From positions 107,386,001-107,450,000 of the forward strand of contig NC_086097.1 of the NCBI RefSeq assembly GCF_963921235.1: a stretch of DNA of 64,000 nucleotides, read 5' to 3'. The notes beneath the pieces are model-generated. The model made no database searches and was not told the DNA's origin. It saw only the letters and a list, made by a program, of their open reading frames with translations. Made by a program: the position numbers and the translations under genes. This DNA comes from Mobula hypostoma (lineage: Eukaryota). The stretch's first letter is position 1. Every line of letters begins with the position of its first letter. Positions 1-13,589 of the stretch are shown here, piece after piece.

Positions 1-63
1 TCTATAGACTTCAGTTCAGCGTTCAACACCATCATACCCCAAAAACTGGAGGGGAAACTGTCC
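1..63 (+). mobile_element. Rex1/Babar-type LINE RT fragment, cut by the window edge
   Basis: Translates to [20 protein letters not shown], the RT motif also seen in the Rex-type fragments elsewhere in the window. Confidence 0.55.
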
Positions 64-3000
64 GCTCTTTTGGGGCAGGAGTGACCTGTACAAAAAACAT
101 GAATCCCGGGGGACCAATATCCTGGTGGGGAAGTTTGCTGAGGCTCCTGGGGAGAGTTTAAACTAGAATTGTTGGGGGGTGGGAACCGAACTGAAGAGAC
201 TGGGGAAGAGGAGGTTGGCTCACAAGTAGAGAAAGCTTGTCGACAGTGCGAGAGGGAGGATAGGCAGGTGATAGAGAAGAGATGCGCTCAGACTGAAAGT
301 TTGAGATGCGTCTATTTTAACGCAAGGAGTATGTGAACTAAGTGGATGAGCTTAGGGCGTGGATCAGCACTTGGAGATATGATGTGGTGACTATTACAGA
401 AACTTGGATAGCTCAGGGACCAGGAATGGTTACTTCAATGCCGGGTTTTAGATGTTTCAGAAAGGACAGGGAGGGATGCAAAAGAGGTGGAGGCGTGGTA
501 CTGTTGATCAGAGATAGTGTCACGGCTGCAGAAAAGGTGGACGCCATGGAGGGATTGCCTATGGAGTCTCTGTGGGTGGAGGTTAGGAACAGGAAGGGTC
601 AATAACTTTACTGGGTGTTTTTCACAGGCCGCCCAATAGTAACAGGGATATCGTGGAGCAGATAGGGACAAAGATCCTGGAAAGGTGTAATAATAACAGA
701 GTTGTCGTGATGGGAGATCTTAATTACCCAAATATCGATTGGCATCTCCCTAGAGTGAGGGGTTTAGATGGGGTGGAGTTTGTTAGGTGTGTTCAGGAAG
801 GTTTCTTTACACAATATGTAGATAAGCCAACAAGAGGAGAGACTGTACTTGATTTGGTATTGGGAAATGAACCTGGTCAGGTGTCAGATCTCTCAGTGGG
901 AGAGCATTTTGGAAATAGTGAACGTAATTCTATCTCCTTTACAATAGCATTGGAGAGAGATAGGAACAGACAAGTTAGAAAAGCATCTAATTGGATTAAG
1001 GAGAATTATGAGGCTATCAGGCAGGAAATTGGAAGCTTAAATTGGAAACATCTGTTCTCAGGGAAAAGTACAGAAGAAATGAGACAAATATTCAGGGATA
1101 TTTGTGTGGAGTTCTGCACAGGTACGTTCCAATGAGACAAGGAAGTTATGGTAGGGTACAGGAACCGTGGTGTACAAAGGCTGTAATGAATCTTGTCAAG
1201 AAGAAAAGAAAAGATTACAAAAGGTTCAGAGAGCTAGGTAATGTTAGAGATCTAGAAGATTATAAGGCTAATAGGAAGGAGCTTAAGAAGGAAATTAGGA
1301 GAGCCCGAAGGGGCCATGAGAAGGCCTTGGCGGCAGGATTAAAGAAAACCCCAAGGCATTCTACAAGTATGTGAAGAGCAAGAGGATAAGACATGAAAGA
1401 ATAGGACCTACCAAGTGTGACAGGGGGAAGTACGTATGGAACCGGAGGAAATAACAGAGGTACTTAATGAATACTTTACTTCAGTATTCATCTTGGAAAA
1501 GGATCTTGGTGATTGTCGAGATGACTTGCAGCAGACTGAAAAGCTTGAGCATGTAGATATTAAGAAAGAGGATGTGCTGGAGCTTATGGAAAGCATCAAG
1601 TTAGATAAGTTGCTGGGACTGGATGAGATGTACCCCAGGCTACTGTGGGAGGCGAGAGAGGAGATTGCTGAGCCTCTGGCGATGATCTTTGCAACATTGA
1701 TGGGGACGGGAGAGGTTCCGGAGGATTGGAGGGTTGTGGATTTTGTTCCTTTATTCAAGAAAGGGAGTAGAGATAGCCCAGGAAATTATAGACCAGTAAG
1801 TCTTACCTCAGTGGTTGGTAAGTTGATGGAGAAGATCCTGAGAGGCAGGATTTATAAACATTTGGAGAAGTATAATATGATTAGGAATAGTCAGCATGGC
1901 TTTGTCAAGGGCAAGTCGTGCCTTACAATCCTGATTGAATTTTTTGAGGATGTGATTAAACACATTGATGAAAGAAGAGCAGTAGATGTAGTGTATATGG
2001 ATTTCAGTAAGGCATTTGATAAGGTACCCCATGCAAGACTTACTGAGAAAGTAAGGAGGCATGGGCTCCAAGGGGACATTGCTTTGTGGATCCAGAACTG
2101 GTTTGCCCACAGAAGGCAAAGAGTTGTAGATGGGTCATATTCTGCGTGGAGGTTCTCAGGGATCTGTTCCGGGACCCTTACCCTTCGTGATTTTTATAAA
2201 TGACCTAGATGAGGAAGTGGAGGGATGGGATAGTAAGTTTGCTGATGCCATAAAGGTTGGAGGTGTTGTGGATAGTGTGGAGGGCTGTCAGAGGTTACAG
2301 TGGAACTTTGATAGGATGCAAAACTGGGCTGAGAAGTGGCAGATGGAGTTCAACCCAGATAAGTGTGAAGTGGTTCATTTTGGTAGGTCAAATATGATGG
2401 CAGAATATATTATTAATGGTAAGACTCTTGGCAGTGTGAAGGATTAGAGGGATCTTGGGGTCCGAGTCCATAGGATGCTCAAAGCAGCTGCGCAGGTTGA
2501 CTCTGTGGTTAAGAAGGCATACGGTGTATAGACCTTCATCAATCATGGAATTGAATTTAGGAGCCGAGAGGTAATGTTGCAGCTATGTAGGACCCTGGTC
2601 AGACCCCACTTGCAGTACTGTGCTGAGTTCTGGTCGTCTCACTACAGGAAGGATGTGGAAGCCATAGAAAGGGTGCAGAGGAGATTTACAAGGATGTTGC
2701 CTGGATTGGGGAGCATGCCTTATGAGAACAGGTTGAGTGAACCGGCCTTTTCTCCTTGGAGCGAAGGAGGATGAGAGGTGACCTGATAGAGGTGTATAAG
2801 ATGATGAGAGGCATTGATCGTGTGGATAGTCAGAGGCTTTTCCCTAGGGCTGAAGTGGTTGTCACAAGAGGACACATGTTTAAGGTCCTGGGGAGTAGGT
2901 ACAGAGGAGATGTCAGGGATAAGTCTTTTACACCAAGAGTGGTGAGTGCATGGAATAGGCTGCCGGCAACGGTGGTGGAGGCAGATACGATAGGGTCTTT

Positions 3001-3150
3001 TAAGAGACTTCTGGATAGTTACATGGAGCTTAGAAAAATAGAGGGCTATGGGTAACCCTAGTAATTTTTAAGGTAGGGACATGTTCGGCACAACTTTGTG
3101 GGCTGAAGGGTCTATATTTTGCTGTAGGTTTTCTATGTTTCTATGTTTCT
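64..3150 (+). mobile_element. CR1 LINE, nearly complete ORF2 plus the end of ORF1, decayed
   Basis: ORF1 esterase C-terminal remnant (LFWGRSDLYK), then endonuclease and RT ORF pieces, a 3' UTR and a (TTCTATGT)n tail at about 3130-3150. Confidence 0.95.
300..3055 (+). pseudogene. CR1 ORF2 (APE endonuclease + reverse transcriptase), broken by frameshifts and stops
   Basis: Motifs ITETW, MGDLNYP, LDLVL, NYRPVSLTS, QHGF, YMDFSKAFDKVPH, QGSVPGP, FADAIK, WQMEFN and RMRGDLIEVYK across ORFs from 342 to 3055. Confidence 0.93.
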
Positions 3151-3633
3151 AGAACACTGAGAGGATCATAGGGGTCTTCCTACCATCCATCAGGGACATT
3201 TATCAGCAGCGCTGCATACACAGGGCCCTCAGTATTATCAAGGTTCCCACCCACCCATCCAGCATTCTCTTTGACTTTCTACCATCAGGCAGGAGACTCC
3301 GATACATAACAACAAGAACGGTCAGGATGGGAAACAGCTTCTTCCCCCAGGCTACTAGGCTTCTGAACTCCCTGCTGTATCGCATTCTGAGTGTCACTGG
3401 TTAATCTGTTCTGTACCTTACAATATTTAGTAGTAATGCACTTTAGATCGTTACTTGTGTGTGATTCAGCTGTAGATTTTATCCTTACCTTCATAAATTA
3501 TCATGTGTTATATGTACTACTGTGCTTTGCACATGCGAGTTTGGAGAAACGTCTCATCTCTATATACATTATTTGGATATATACATTACATACATGTATA
3601 TAGTTAAATGACAATAAACTTGACTTGACTTGA
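3151..3633 (+). mobile_element. Rex1/Babar-type LINE 3' fragment
   Basis: C-terminal motifs HPS..LPSGRR and NSFFPQA; AATAAA followed by a (CTTGA)n tail. Confidence 0.75.
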
Positions 3634-4289
3634 TACGGATCATGTACAGGCAGATGAGATTTTGTTTTATTCACCATGTGTTCAGTGCAGACATTATGAC
3701 CCAAAGGAACTGTTCCTATGCTGTGTGTTGTATAATGCCCTATGTTCTTCGTAGGTGAATAGTAGATGCTGGGAAAGGGGGGAGTGGGGAGAATCAAAAT
3801 GGGATTAATGTAGGTTTAGTGTAAAATAGATGGTTGACAGTTGGCATTGACCAGTTTCTGTGCTATATCTTTTAGTTGCTCTATGAATATAATGAGGTGG
3901 CAGCATGAATTTCAGAAAGACAGGCATTGGTTCAATGACCCAATGTCAAAATTCCAGCAGTCATATTCCACCACTGCCAATTGTCACTCCCATGCTCTTG
4001 TGTCCATAGTAATTAAACTTAAAGTTTCTGGTCAATTGTAACTTACATGAGGTAATTGGTGTATGGACATGGGGACTCAGAAAGCTTTGGTGCTTTTTAC
4101 CTGTATGACTTGCATTAGGGAATTGTAGTCACTTCATTGTTGGGCTGCTGAATGCTTGGTGTTCACATGCTGTGAAGCTTACAAACAACTTCAACATAAG
4201 CTTAAATATGTGCCAAATGTTGCTTCTGGTTGCATTATTTTCTCAACTTCTTTGAATTGATTTGTGCTCTTCACTGGACGTTCAAAGTG

Positions 4290-4845
4290 GATAAAAGCAA
4301 GAACGTAATGCCAAGGCTTTATAAGGCACTGGTCAGACTGCACTTGGGATATTGCGAGCAATTTTGGGCCGCTTATCTAAGAAAGGCTGTGCTGGCATTG
4401 GAAAAAATCCAGAGGAAGTTCACAGGAATGATCCCAAGAATGAAGGTGTTAATGTATGAGGAGCATTTGATGGCTCTGGGCTGGTGCTTGCTGAAGTTTA
4501 GAAGAATGAGGTGAGATTTCATTGAAACACATTGAATATTAAAGGGCTGGATGTGGAGAGGATGTTTCCCATAGTGAGGGAGTCGAGGAACAAAGGGCAC
4601 TGCCTCAGAATTGAAGGATGTCCATTTAGAATGGAGACAAGAAGGAATTTCTTTAGTCTGAGGGTGGAGGTCAAGTCACTGGGTATATTTAAAGCAAAGG
4701 TGAATATGTCCTTGATTATTAATGGCAACAGAAGTTATGGAGAGAAGGCAGGAGAATGGGGTTGGGGAGGGATAAATCAGCCATAATAGAATGGCGGAGT
4801 AGACTTGATGGACTGAATACCCAATTCTGCCCCTATGTCTTATGG
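4290..4845 (+). mobile_element. Older CR1 3' fragment
   Basis: LYKALVRLHLGYCEQFW and RNFFSLRV motifs; degenerate TCTTATGG tail. Confidence 0.8.
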
Positions 4846-5402
4846 TGACATACCATGGCCGCATACAGTAGACATTGACCTTTACCCTGCTCCTTTGCTC
4901 CTTTGCTCCTTCCCTTCCTGCAGCGTAAGAGCTGTCTTACTTTGTGACTACAATGCTTACCCCACAGCTGGTTGTGAAAGGGTGAAACTACTGTGCAAAG
5001 TATGGCATTCACTGTTAGAAACCTTTCTTTATATTTACAGGTAGCTTGCAGTTTAGTTAATCCCTTTGCTGGTCTGATAGTTACTTTGCTCTTTACATTG
5101 ATGCCCTTAATCTCCTGTTGTTGCAGTCATTTGCTCTTTGCACCAAAGGGAAGCCTACTGTCTCTGCATACTTGCCCTTAGTAGAGGCCCTCTGGGACCT
5201 CTCCAATGCAGTTACAGGCAGCATACTGCTAACATTTGCCACAATATCTCGAATAGACCAGCTACACAAAATGTTAGAGCGACCTTTAACTCCACTGTCA
5301 CTGGCAGTGCACCAAGTTATTCACCTCTGTCCCCTCTCCTTGGAGAAAATAAGCTTCCAAGTGCCTTGTTCCTCAGTGAAGTAAACATGCAGTATGTGTT
5401 CA

Positions 5403-6190
5403 CTTCAGATTCAGATTCAAATTTATTTATCACAAGTACATCAAACCATACAGCGAAATGCATTGTTTGTGTCAAAAAAGTTGTGCTGGAGGCAGCCTGC
5501 AAGCGCCACCACACATTCCAACACCAACACGGTATGCTCCCAATGCTTGGCAGAATAACACAGAACATACGCTAAGCAACAAGGCAACAAGAGAAAAACC
5601 AGTCCCTTTCCTCACTCCCATCCATGCTATCCACATACACGATCCTCTAAACCAAGAACGGCCATCTATTCCAGCCACCAGCCTACTGTGGGCTTGGACT
5701 TACAGACATTGGGCCTTCACTTCCCTAGTGGGCTCGCAGAGCTTCACACACTGGGGCTGCAGCTATCGGGCCTTGACTTCTGGTTGACACGTGTGCTTTG
5801 ACCTTTGGTATTAAGCCAAGATTCACCTAGAACAACAAACGAGGATCTAGGATGAGGAGCTGAAATCCAGGCCTCAAGCTCCAGACTCTCTGATGATGGC
5901 ACCTGAACACTAGCCTTCGAACTCTGGTCTTGCTGACTCATGTATCTAAGGAGTCACCAGCTCACATTCCTCCTCCCTGCACAGAACACCAAAATTGGAA
6001 CATGTCAGCCCTCGTCTTCGCTGGTCTGTGGCCTGACATATGATTAGTCCATGTTACTGACCTTGCAATGCAGAGCGAGGGGTTAGGCTCTGACCTGTCC
6101 TCTAATTCCCTCATATCCCTGTTCCTAAACACTAATCTGAACCTCGACTCCCCTCTCTGTTCTCAAAACCATTCCTGAGAACCTAAAAAA
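5403..6190 (-). repeat. Unclassified interspersed retro-repeat with a (TCTGAA)n tail
   Basis: TTCAGATTCAGATTCAAATTTATT at the left end is a reversed AATAAA plus tandem tail; 6105-6190 resembles 34410-34500. Confidence 0.4.
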
Positions 6191-6367
6191 AATTTCTTGC
6201 AGAATGGACCCTACTGTCACGAGGCCTCGGTCCCACCTCCAGCCTATCCATGAAGCTTGGCCTGTTTATCTGGGCATTTTCTTCTTCCAACCTGAAATCC
6301 CAAAGGTCCAACAGAATGATAACAAAGAGCACAAATTTGTACCAATAAAAAGAATATGTGGCGGTTC

Positions 6368-6860
6368 GTGGAAACCATAGAAAGGGTGCAGAGGAGATTT
6401 ACAAAGATGTCTCCTGGATTGGGGGGCATGACTTATGAGAATAAGTTGAGTGAACTCGGCCTTTTCTCCTTGGAGTGATAGAGGATGAGAGGTGACCTGA
6501 TAGAGGTGTACAAGATAATGAGAGGTATTGATCGTGTGGATATTCAGAGGCTTTTTCCTAGGGCTGGAATATCTAGCACGAGAGGGCATAGTTTTAAGGT
6601 GCTGGGGAGTAGGTACAGAGGAGATGTCAGGTGTAAGTTTTTTTACGCAGAGAGTAGTGAGCGCGTAGAATACGCTGCCGGTGGCGGTGGTGGAGGCAGA
6701 AACGATAGAGTCCTTTAAGAGACTCCTGGGTGGATACATGGAGCTTAGGAAAATAGAGGGCTATGGGTAAGCCTAGGTAGTTCTAAGGTAAGGACATATT
6801 CGGCACAGCTTTGTGGGTTGAAGGGCCTGTATTGTGCTGTAGGTTTTTGATGTTTTTATG
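6368..6860 (+). mobile_element. CR1 5'-truncated copy
   Basis: Near-identical to 2655-3150 (MRGDLIEVYKIMRGIDRV and the same 3' UTR). Confidence 0.92.
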
Positions 6861-7194
6861 TTTTTATTCCAGTTGAACCCTAACTGCATCACTCAGTACA
6901 TATACCAGCAAAATACAGCTCCTCAATTAACTGACAATGTACTGTACTTGTCTCGAATGACCCTGCTTCCTGTTGAATCATCAGCTAACCAACAACTTAT
7001 TAAGGATTTCTTCAAGAAGCACAGCTGGGGAGCAGGGTTCTTCCTCTGGTTAAATGCTTGCTTTCCTATGCATAGAATATAGTCCTTGATTTGTAGCTCT
7101 GACATGAAACCAAAGTTGTATGACTACTGATGCAAAAATCACATTTCCTTCACAATCTCTGTCAGCACAGATGCACAAGGCTGTGTGCTTAACC

Positions 7195-8225
7195 CCCTGC
7201 TCTACCCATTTTACACTTATGACTGTGTGGCTAAGCACAGCTCCAATACCATATTTAAGTTTGTCGACGACACCACTGTCATAGGATGAATCAAAGGTAG
7301 TGATGAATTAGTGGGTAGGAGGGGGATTGAAAATCTGGCTGAGTAATTGCACAATAACAACCTCTTACTCAATGTCAGCTAGACCAAGGAGATGACTATT
7401 GACTTCAGGAAGAGGAAACCAGAGGTCTATGAACCCGTCCTCACTGAAGGATCAGAGGTGGAAAGGGTCTGCAACTTTAAATTTCTCAGTGTTACCACAT
7501 CAGAGAACCTGTCCTGGGCCCAGCACGAGTGTAATTGTGAAGAAAGCACGGCAGTGCCTCTATTTCCTTAGGAGTTTGTGAAGATTTGGCATGACATCTA
7601 AAACTTTGAGAAACTTCAATAAATGTGTGGTGGAGAGTATATTGATTGGCTGTATCACATTGTCCGTGAATGGAAAATCCTATAAAAAGTAGTGGGTGTG
7701 GCTCAGTCCATCACAGGTAAAGCCCTCCCTACCACTGAGCCCATCAACATGAAATGTTGTTGCAGGAAAGCAAATTCCATTATCAGGGCCTCCCACCACC
7801 CATGTCTTGCCCTCTTCTCACTGCTGCCATCAGGAAGAAGGTACAGGAGCCTCAGGTTCAGGAACAGTTATTACCTCTCAACCATTGGGCTTTTGAACCA
7901 AAGGGGATAACTTCACTCAACTTCACTTGTCCCATCAGTGGGGGAGTCTAGGATAATTGAAATGTTCCCACAATCTATACACTCACTTTCAAGGATTCTT
8001 CATCTCCTCTCCTCAATATTTATTGCTTATTTATTGTTATTATTTCATTCGTTTTATATTTGCTCAGTTAGTTGTCTTTTGCACACTGGTTGAATGCCGA
8101 AGTTGGTGCAATCTTTCATTGATTCTATTATGGTTATTATTCTATTATAGATTTATTAAGTATGCCCACAAGAAAATGAATCTCGGGGTTGTATATGGTG
8201 ACATATATGTACTTTGAACTTTGAA
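7195..8225 (+). mobile_element. Rex1/Babar-type LINE 3' part
   Basis: KFVDDTTV, VKKARQCLYFLRSL and LLPSGRRYRSL motifs; (CTTTGAA)n tail. Confidence 0.8.
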
Positions 8226-8437
8226 AAACTGCCTGTTCTGCCTATGACCCACATAAGTTCATTGCAAAGCACTTTCAATTTACTAAAAAGAGGAAATTGA
8301 ACTGAAAATGTATGCTTACAAATTACTAACAAATCATGAAACATACTGGAGGCAATGAGATGGAAAGTATACATGAAGGCAACTCAATTTTGTGGCCACT
8401 ATGTCAGCACTTCAATCTTGATCTTCTTTCTCTCTGA

Positions 8438-8812
8438 AACCTATCAAATATTGAAAAGTCTATATAAAGTGGGTGTGGAGAGGATTCTTCCTGTGGTGGG
8501 GGAATTTAGGACCAGAGGGCACAGCCTCAGAATTGAAGGATGTCCCTTTAGAACAGAAAGGAAGAATTCCTTTAGCCAGAGGGTGGTGAATCTGTGGAAT
8601 CCATTGCCACAGAAAGCTGTAAAGGACAGGTCATTGGCTATATTTAAAGAATATGTTGATAGATTCTTGATTAGTAAGGGTGTCAAAGGTTACAGGGAGC
8701 AGGCAGGAGAATGAGGTTGAGAAGGATATTAAATCGGCCATAATGAGACTGTGGAGAAGACTCAATGGGCCAAATGGCCTAATTCAGCTCATAAGTCTTA
8801 TGATCTTATGGT
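8438..8812 (+). mobile_element. Older CR1 3' fragment
   Basis: RTRGHSLRIEG and FSQRVVNLWN motifs; (TCTTATG)n tail. Confidence 0.8.
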
Positions 8813-11800
8813 CCTTCTCTGCAATCAAACGTTCAATGTACAATTGGACTAGAATATTCTATGGTTTAATCACAAGTTCTGCTAAATGTACACTGTACCC
8901 TTTTTAACTGTGCTATTCACCAATCAATTGTTCATTTTCTTTGGTTGACCACATCCAGTAAGACAGCTTGATCTAGTTCAGTTTCATAATTTATCTTTTT
9001 CAGCACCATTCATGAAATATTTATCTCTTTTATTTTCCTTTCCCCTTTGTTCACATGATATTTTAAAACATTCCTATTTCCAACTCAGCCTTGGTACCAT
9101 ACATGCTGAGGTGTCTCAGAGCAATAGACTGAAATGCATAATCCACTGTACATACTGTGCAATTTATCTATGATAACATATTATAAATTTTAGAAAGCAA
9201 ACTGCCCACTTCAAGCTTGGATGAGGAGGCTATATTGAAAATAATGAATTCCAAGTAATGAATTACAAAGCTGCGATATAACCAAGTTGATTCCGATAGC
9301 AGTTCACTTAATATGCTGCCTCCTACAAGTTATATAAATAGATAATAAATGTTCTTGAGAGCAAGTTCGTATGTATGAGTACCAGGAAGTTTCAATTTTA
9401 CTTTACATTTATGAAGCTTTTGGGCTCTTGCTCACTCTATATTTTCCCTGTACTCACAGGTTTACTTCTCATTTTCTATTCCTTTTAAGTAGTTCTTGCT
9501 GGCTAGCGTACAATCATACATCATTGTGGAGAATAATTAATGACAATGCCCACTTCAGGAAGCTATAATTCATCCTAACTTTCACTAACCTGGAGCTTCT
9601 GCTGATCAGCAAGCCACCAGAACGAGATGGACACATGACCTCAGTGCCCCATCTTTTCAAGGGCAAGTGCTTGTCCAAAATTACACTCCAGCAGGTTGGC
9701 TGCTAACTGATTGACAAGGCTTAATGCAGTGCAGGACTCTTCCAATTAAAAATAGAAAGTTGGGCTTCCAAAATTGCTTTGCAAGCTGCTTACCAACTAT
9801 CAAAGCTGTTCGGGAGAGCGATGATGTCTGAATTGTGCATTCCAAAATATTTTAAAACTTTGATGTAGCAAATTCTATTAAAACTTAAAAATTAGTTAAA
9901 ATGAGTTTAAAGATTAAGAGAATTTAAGAAACAATTAAAAGATGTTAAATGCCTAAAATCAATTAAATTTAGAAACGTAGATATGGCTTCCTTGCACACC
10001 TATTTCTTTCCATTGAAATCATTGGGCCTACCAGACTTGTGTCAGGTTAATCTGGTGCCGGTTTAGGGGTAGATTTCCCAGCGTAAGTTGTAGGAAATTG
10101 GCAGAAGTTTGCGCTGTCTTACTAGACCTGAGCAGTCCAACAGAAAAATGCAGTTTTCCTGTGATCTGGAGCCTGGAGCCTGCCCTTTTACTTTGGGGTC
10201 TGAAACCTCTGTCTAGTTACTTGAATGAATGTCAACAGTGCCCAAATGAAATTGTTGGCTTTAAGTGTATACTCTGTACTATTAAATTAGTAAGATTACA
10301 TGACACGAATGTCACAATCAGTGAGATTCACAGCTGTGGTAAGGTTTGCAAGATAGAGGGATGAATTGATCCTCGATTGCAAGGACTAAATGTGAAGAAG
10401 ATGTGCCACCATTTGTACTCACCTCTCCCCATCCAGTTCCAAATAACAGGAGGTGCCTTGAATTAGGCAGCCAATACCATCGCATGAGTTAAACACTTGC
10501 AACCCAGACAAACTTCTCTTCAATCTTTTAAAAAATTCTACATCAGAGAGACCTTTGTATTACAGTATGTAGAATTCCTCACCAAAATAACTCCCTAAAG
10601 AAATAGAAGAAGTTCCTGTTCCAAGAATTTGGCTGCACAGATTAAATTCAGCTGATACAATACCCCTGCATTACAGTCAACTTAAGACTGCTCTCTTCAG
10701 TTTTATTTTATCTTGCTGTTGCTACTACTGTGCTTTATAGTAACCTGAGGGTCAATTCAGCACTTATTTATAAGATCTTAAGCCTTCTGAGTATATATTA
10801 CAGCTGGCTATGAAACGGCAGGGATTTGCTCCACTGTGTGAAACTAAAAAGAACAGGTTCCATCTCAGCTCATTTGCAGATTCCAGTAGGCTCCATATTA
10901 CACCTGTGGTGCTGCCTTGATTTTCTTTCTGATCATGGACTTCTGACAATGAGAAAAGGGAAGATTTTTATCAAATGCTCTCCACTGGACAATGAATTTT
11001 CTTCACAATTTGAATGTATCTCCGGAATGCCTGAGTGATTCATTACAGCTGTTTCTAAAGTATGACAATGGGCCACAGAAATGACTGATGTTATCTTTTT
11101 CCTGATTTCATTTCCCTGATCCTTTTCATCCCTAGCCTGTGTACCTCGATTAATTAGAAAAAAGGGATTTTCAGTCATCAGCTTATGGGTTCCATGTACT
11201 GCTCTTTCACAAATCTGCTGTCTGCACTATCTTCCTTGTGAGTACTTTTCGTGCCTTTGATGCACTGCTTTGCTGGTGCATCATCGGCCTGTGAATCTTC
11301 AATTTACGACTTTAAACAAAAAATGGATTGCTTCTACTGACCAGCACTGGGTAAAAATAATCTAGCCAAATGCCACATTTTATGAAGTGCTACCCATGTA
11401 TATTTTGTATTGAGAAGATCAAAGGTTAAAAATAAGGTGTTAACAAAAATAATTTCCTTGCAGCAAAAAATTCTTTGTGTTGGGAAAACGTAAAGCAGCA
11501 ATAGACAATGGTGAGAGACACCAACAGTAAGTGTCTGAGAGGGAATGAAACTTTCATTTGGGATTCCATTAGATGTGTGACTGAACAAATCAACAGAATT
11601 TACAGTCAAGTTCACACATAGAGCCATTGGTTTTACAGACAGATCACTAGTTCCAATTTATTGCTTTGAATTAAGCCTACCGAATTTGCTTAAATGAATA
11701 CTGTCAGGAGAAATATGATCAGGTTAGAATTATCTCTCCCAAAATTGTGTGATATTGAGGAAGAATTGAGTTGTCTGTTTTATAACATTTATATTGAGAA

Positions 11801-12091
11801 TGTTCCAAATTCTATTCTTCCCTCTTAACTCCAACACCTTGCAAAAAAAAAAGCAGCCAATTTTTAGCAACAAAGGACAAGGAGTTATATCTGAAATATC
11901 CCACATTTCTCTTTCAGGCACTGAGTGATTTGTTGTGTAATTTTAAAATTCTTTTGGATTTGGAGAAGTTTATAGATTTTTTTTGTTGCAATCTTTTAAT
12001 ATTCATACATATTCAGTATCCATAACAGGGCCTGACAAAATGAAAAAAAGATTCATCCTGAAATCCATTTGGCATTTCTTCTCCATTAGAT

Positions 12092-13565
12092 TAGGTCAGA
12101 TCAGATTAGATTCAACTTTATTGTCATTGTGCTGAGTACAGATACAAAGCCAATGAAATGCATTTAGCATCTGACCAGAAATGCAAAGAATAGTGTTATT
12201 TACAAAATAACTGCGAATAAAACAAGTGCTACAGCACACAAATATAAAAGTACTGAGACAGTACAATATGGACGCAATACTGCTCAGCGCTGTGATGTGA
12301 GGTTCAGCAATGTCACAGCCTCAGGAAGAAGCTCTTCCTGTGCCTGCTGGTGAGGGAGCAGAGGCTCCTGTAGTGCCTACTGGATGGACAACTGGGTGCC
12401 GATAATCCGCTGGGCAGTTTTCATTGCACGCTGGAGTGCTTTGCAGTCCGATATGGGACAATTGCCATACCTCACTGAGATGCAGTTGGTGAGTATGCTT
12501 TCAATGGTACAGCGGTAAAAGTCTGTCAGTATCCTGGGACAGAGGTGAGCTTTCTTCATGCTCTTCAGGAAATAAAGGCACTGCTGCGACTTTTTGATCA
12601 GGATGGAGGAGCTCAGGGACCAGATGAGATCCTTGGAAATGTGGACACCAAGGAATTTGAAGCTTGATACATGCTTCACTACAGTTCCGTTGATGTAGAT
12701 GGGGATGTGAGTGTGGCTCCCAGCATGCCTGAAGTCCACAATGATCTCCTTGGTCTTCTGGGTGTTAAGGGCCAGATTGTTGTCGGCACACCACGCACCC
12801 AGGTGCTGGACCTCATCCCTGTAGGCATCTCGTCATCCCCTCTGATCAGGTCAACCACCGTGGTGTCATCTGCGAACTTGATTATGGAGTTAGAACCATG
12901 TACAGGAATGTAGTCATAGGTGAAAAGGGAGTACAGAAGAGGGCTCAGCACAGCCTTGAGGCACACCGGTGTTCAGGGTGAGAGTAGAGGAGGAGAGATT
13001 GTCTAACTTAACTGATTGGGGTCTGTTAGTCAGAAAGTTCAAGGCCCAATTTCAAAGGGATGAGCTGATACCAAGCTGGCGAAGTTTGGTGATCAGCTTG
13101 GAGGAGATCACAGTATTGAATGCCGAACTAAAGTCAATGCACAGCTTTCTGACGTAAGAGTTGGGGCTGTCCAGGTGGGTCAGGGCAGAGCGAAGTGTCG
13201 TGGAGATGGCATCCTCTGTTGACCTGTTGGTGTGATAGGCAAATTGATAGGGGTCAAGGGATTTCAGGGGGCAGGCGGGATTTCAGATGTGATAGAACCA
13301 GTTTCTCAAAGCACTTTGCAATGATGGGGGTGATGGGGGAAGTTATTCAGGCCCGTAGCACTGGAATGCTTCGGCACTGGCATGATGGTGGCGATCTTGA
13401 AGCTTGTGGGGACAACTGCCTGGGCCAGGGACAGATTAAAAATGTCCATGAAGACCCTGGCCAACTGTCCTGCACAGTCTCTGAGCACACGGCCAGGTAT
13501 TCCATCTGGACCAGCTGCCTTCCGTACATTCACCCTGCTCAGGGTGGAGTAAACATCGGAGGTGG
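12092..13565 (-). mobile_element. Rex1/Babar-type LINE (RT and 3' end)
   Basis: [33 protein letters not shown] and YRCTIESILT motifs; reversed (AATCT)n tail at about 12092-12112. Confidence 0.88.
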
Positions 13566-13589
13566 AAAGTGACAGGTATTCATGGTATG

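Noticed and set aside
1..3633. A single Rex element cleanly split by the CR1
   Set aside because: The two Rex pieces are not contiguous in the protein and no TSD is visible, so the relationship is unresolved
9590..9740. Minus-strand exon-like segment with AG and GT borders
   Set aside because: All three frames contain stops and no recognisable protein is encoded
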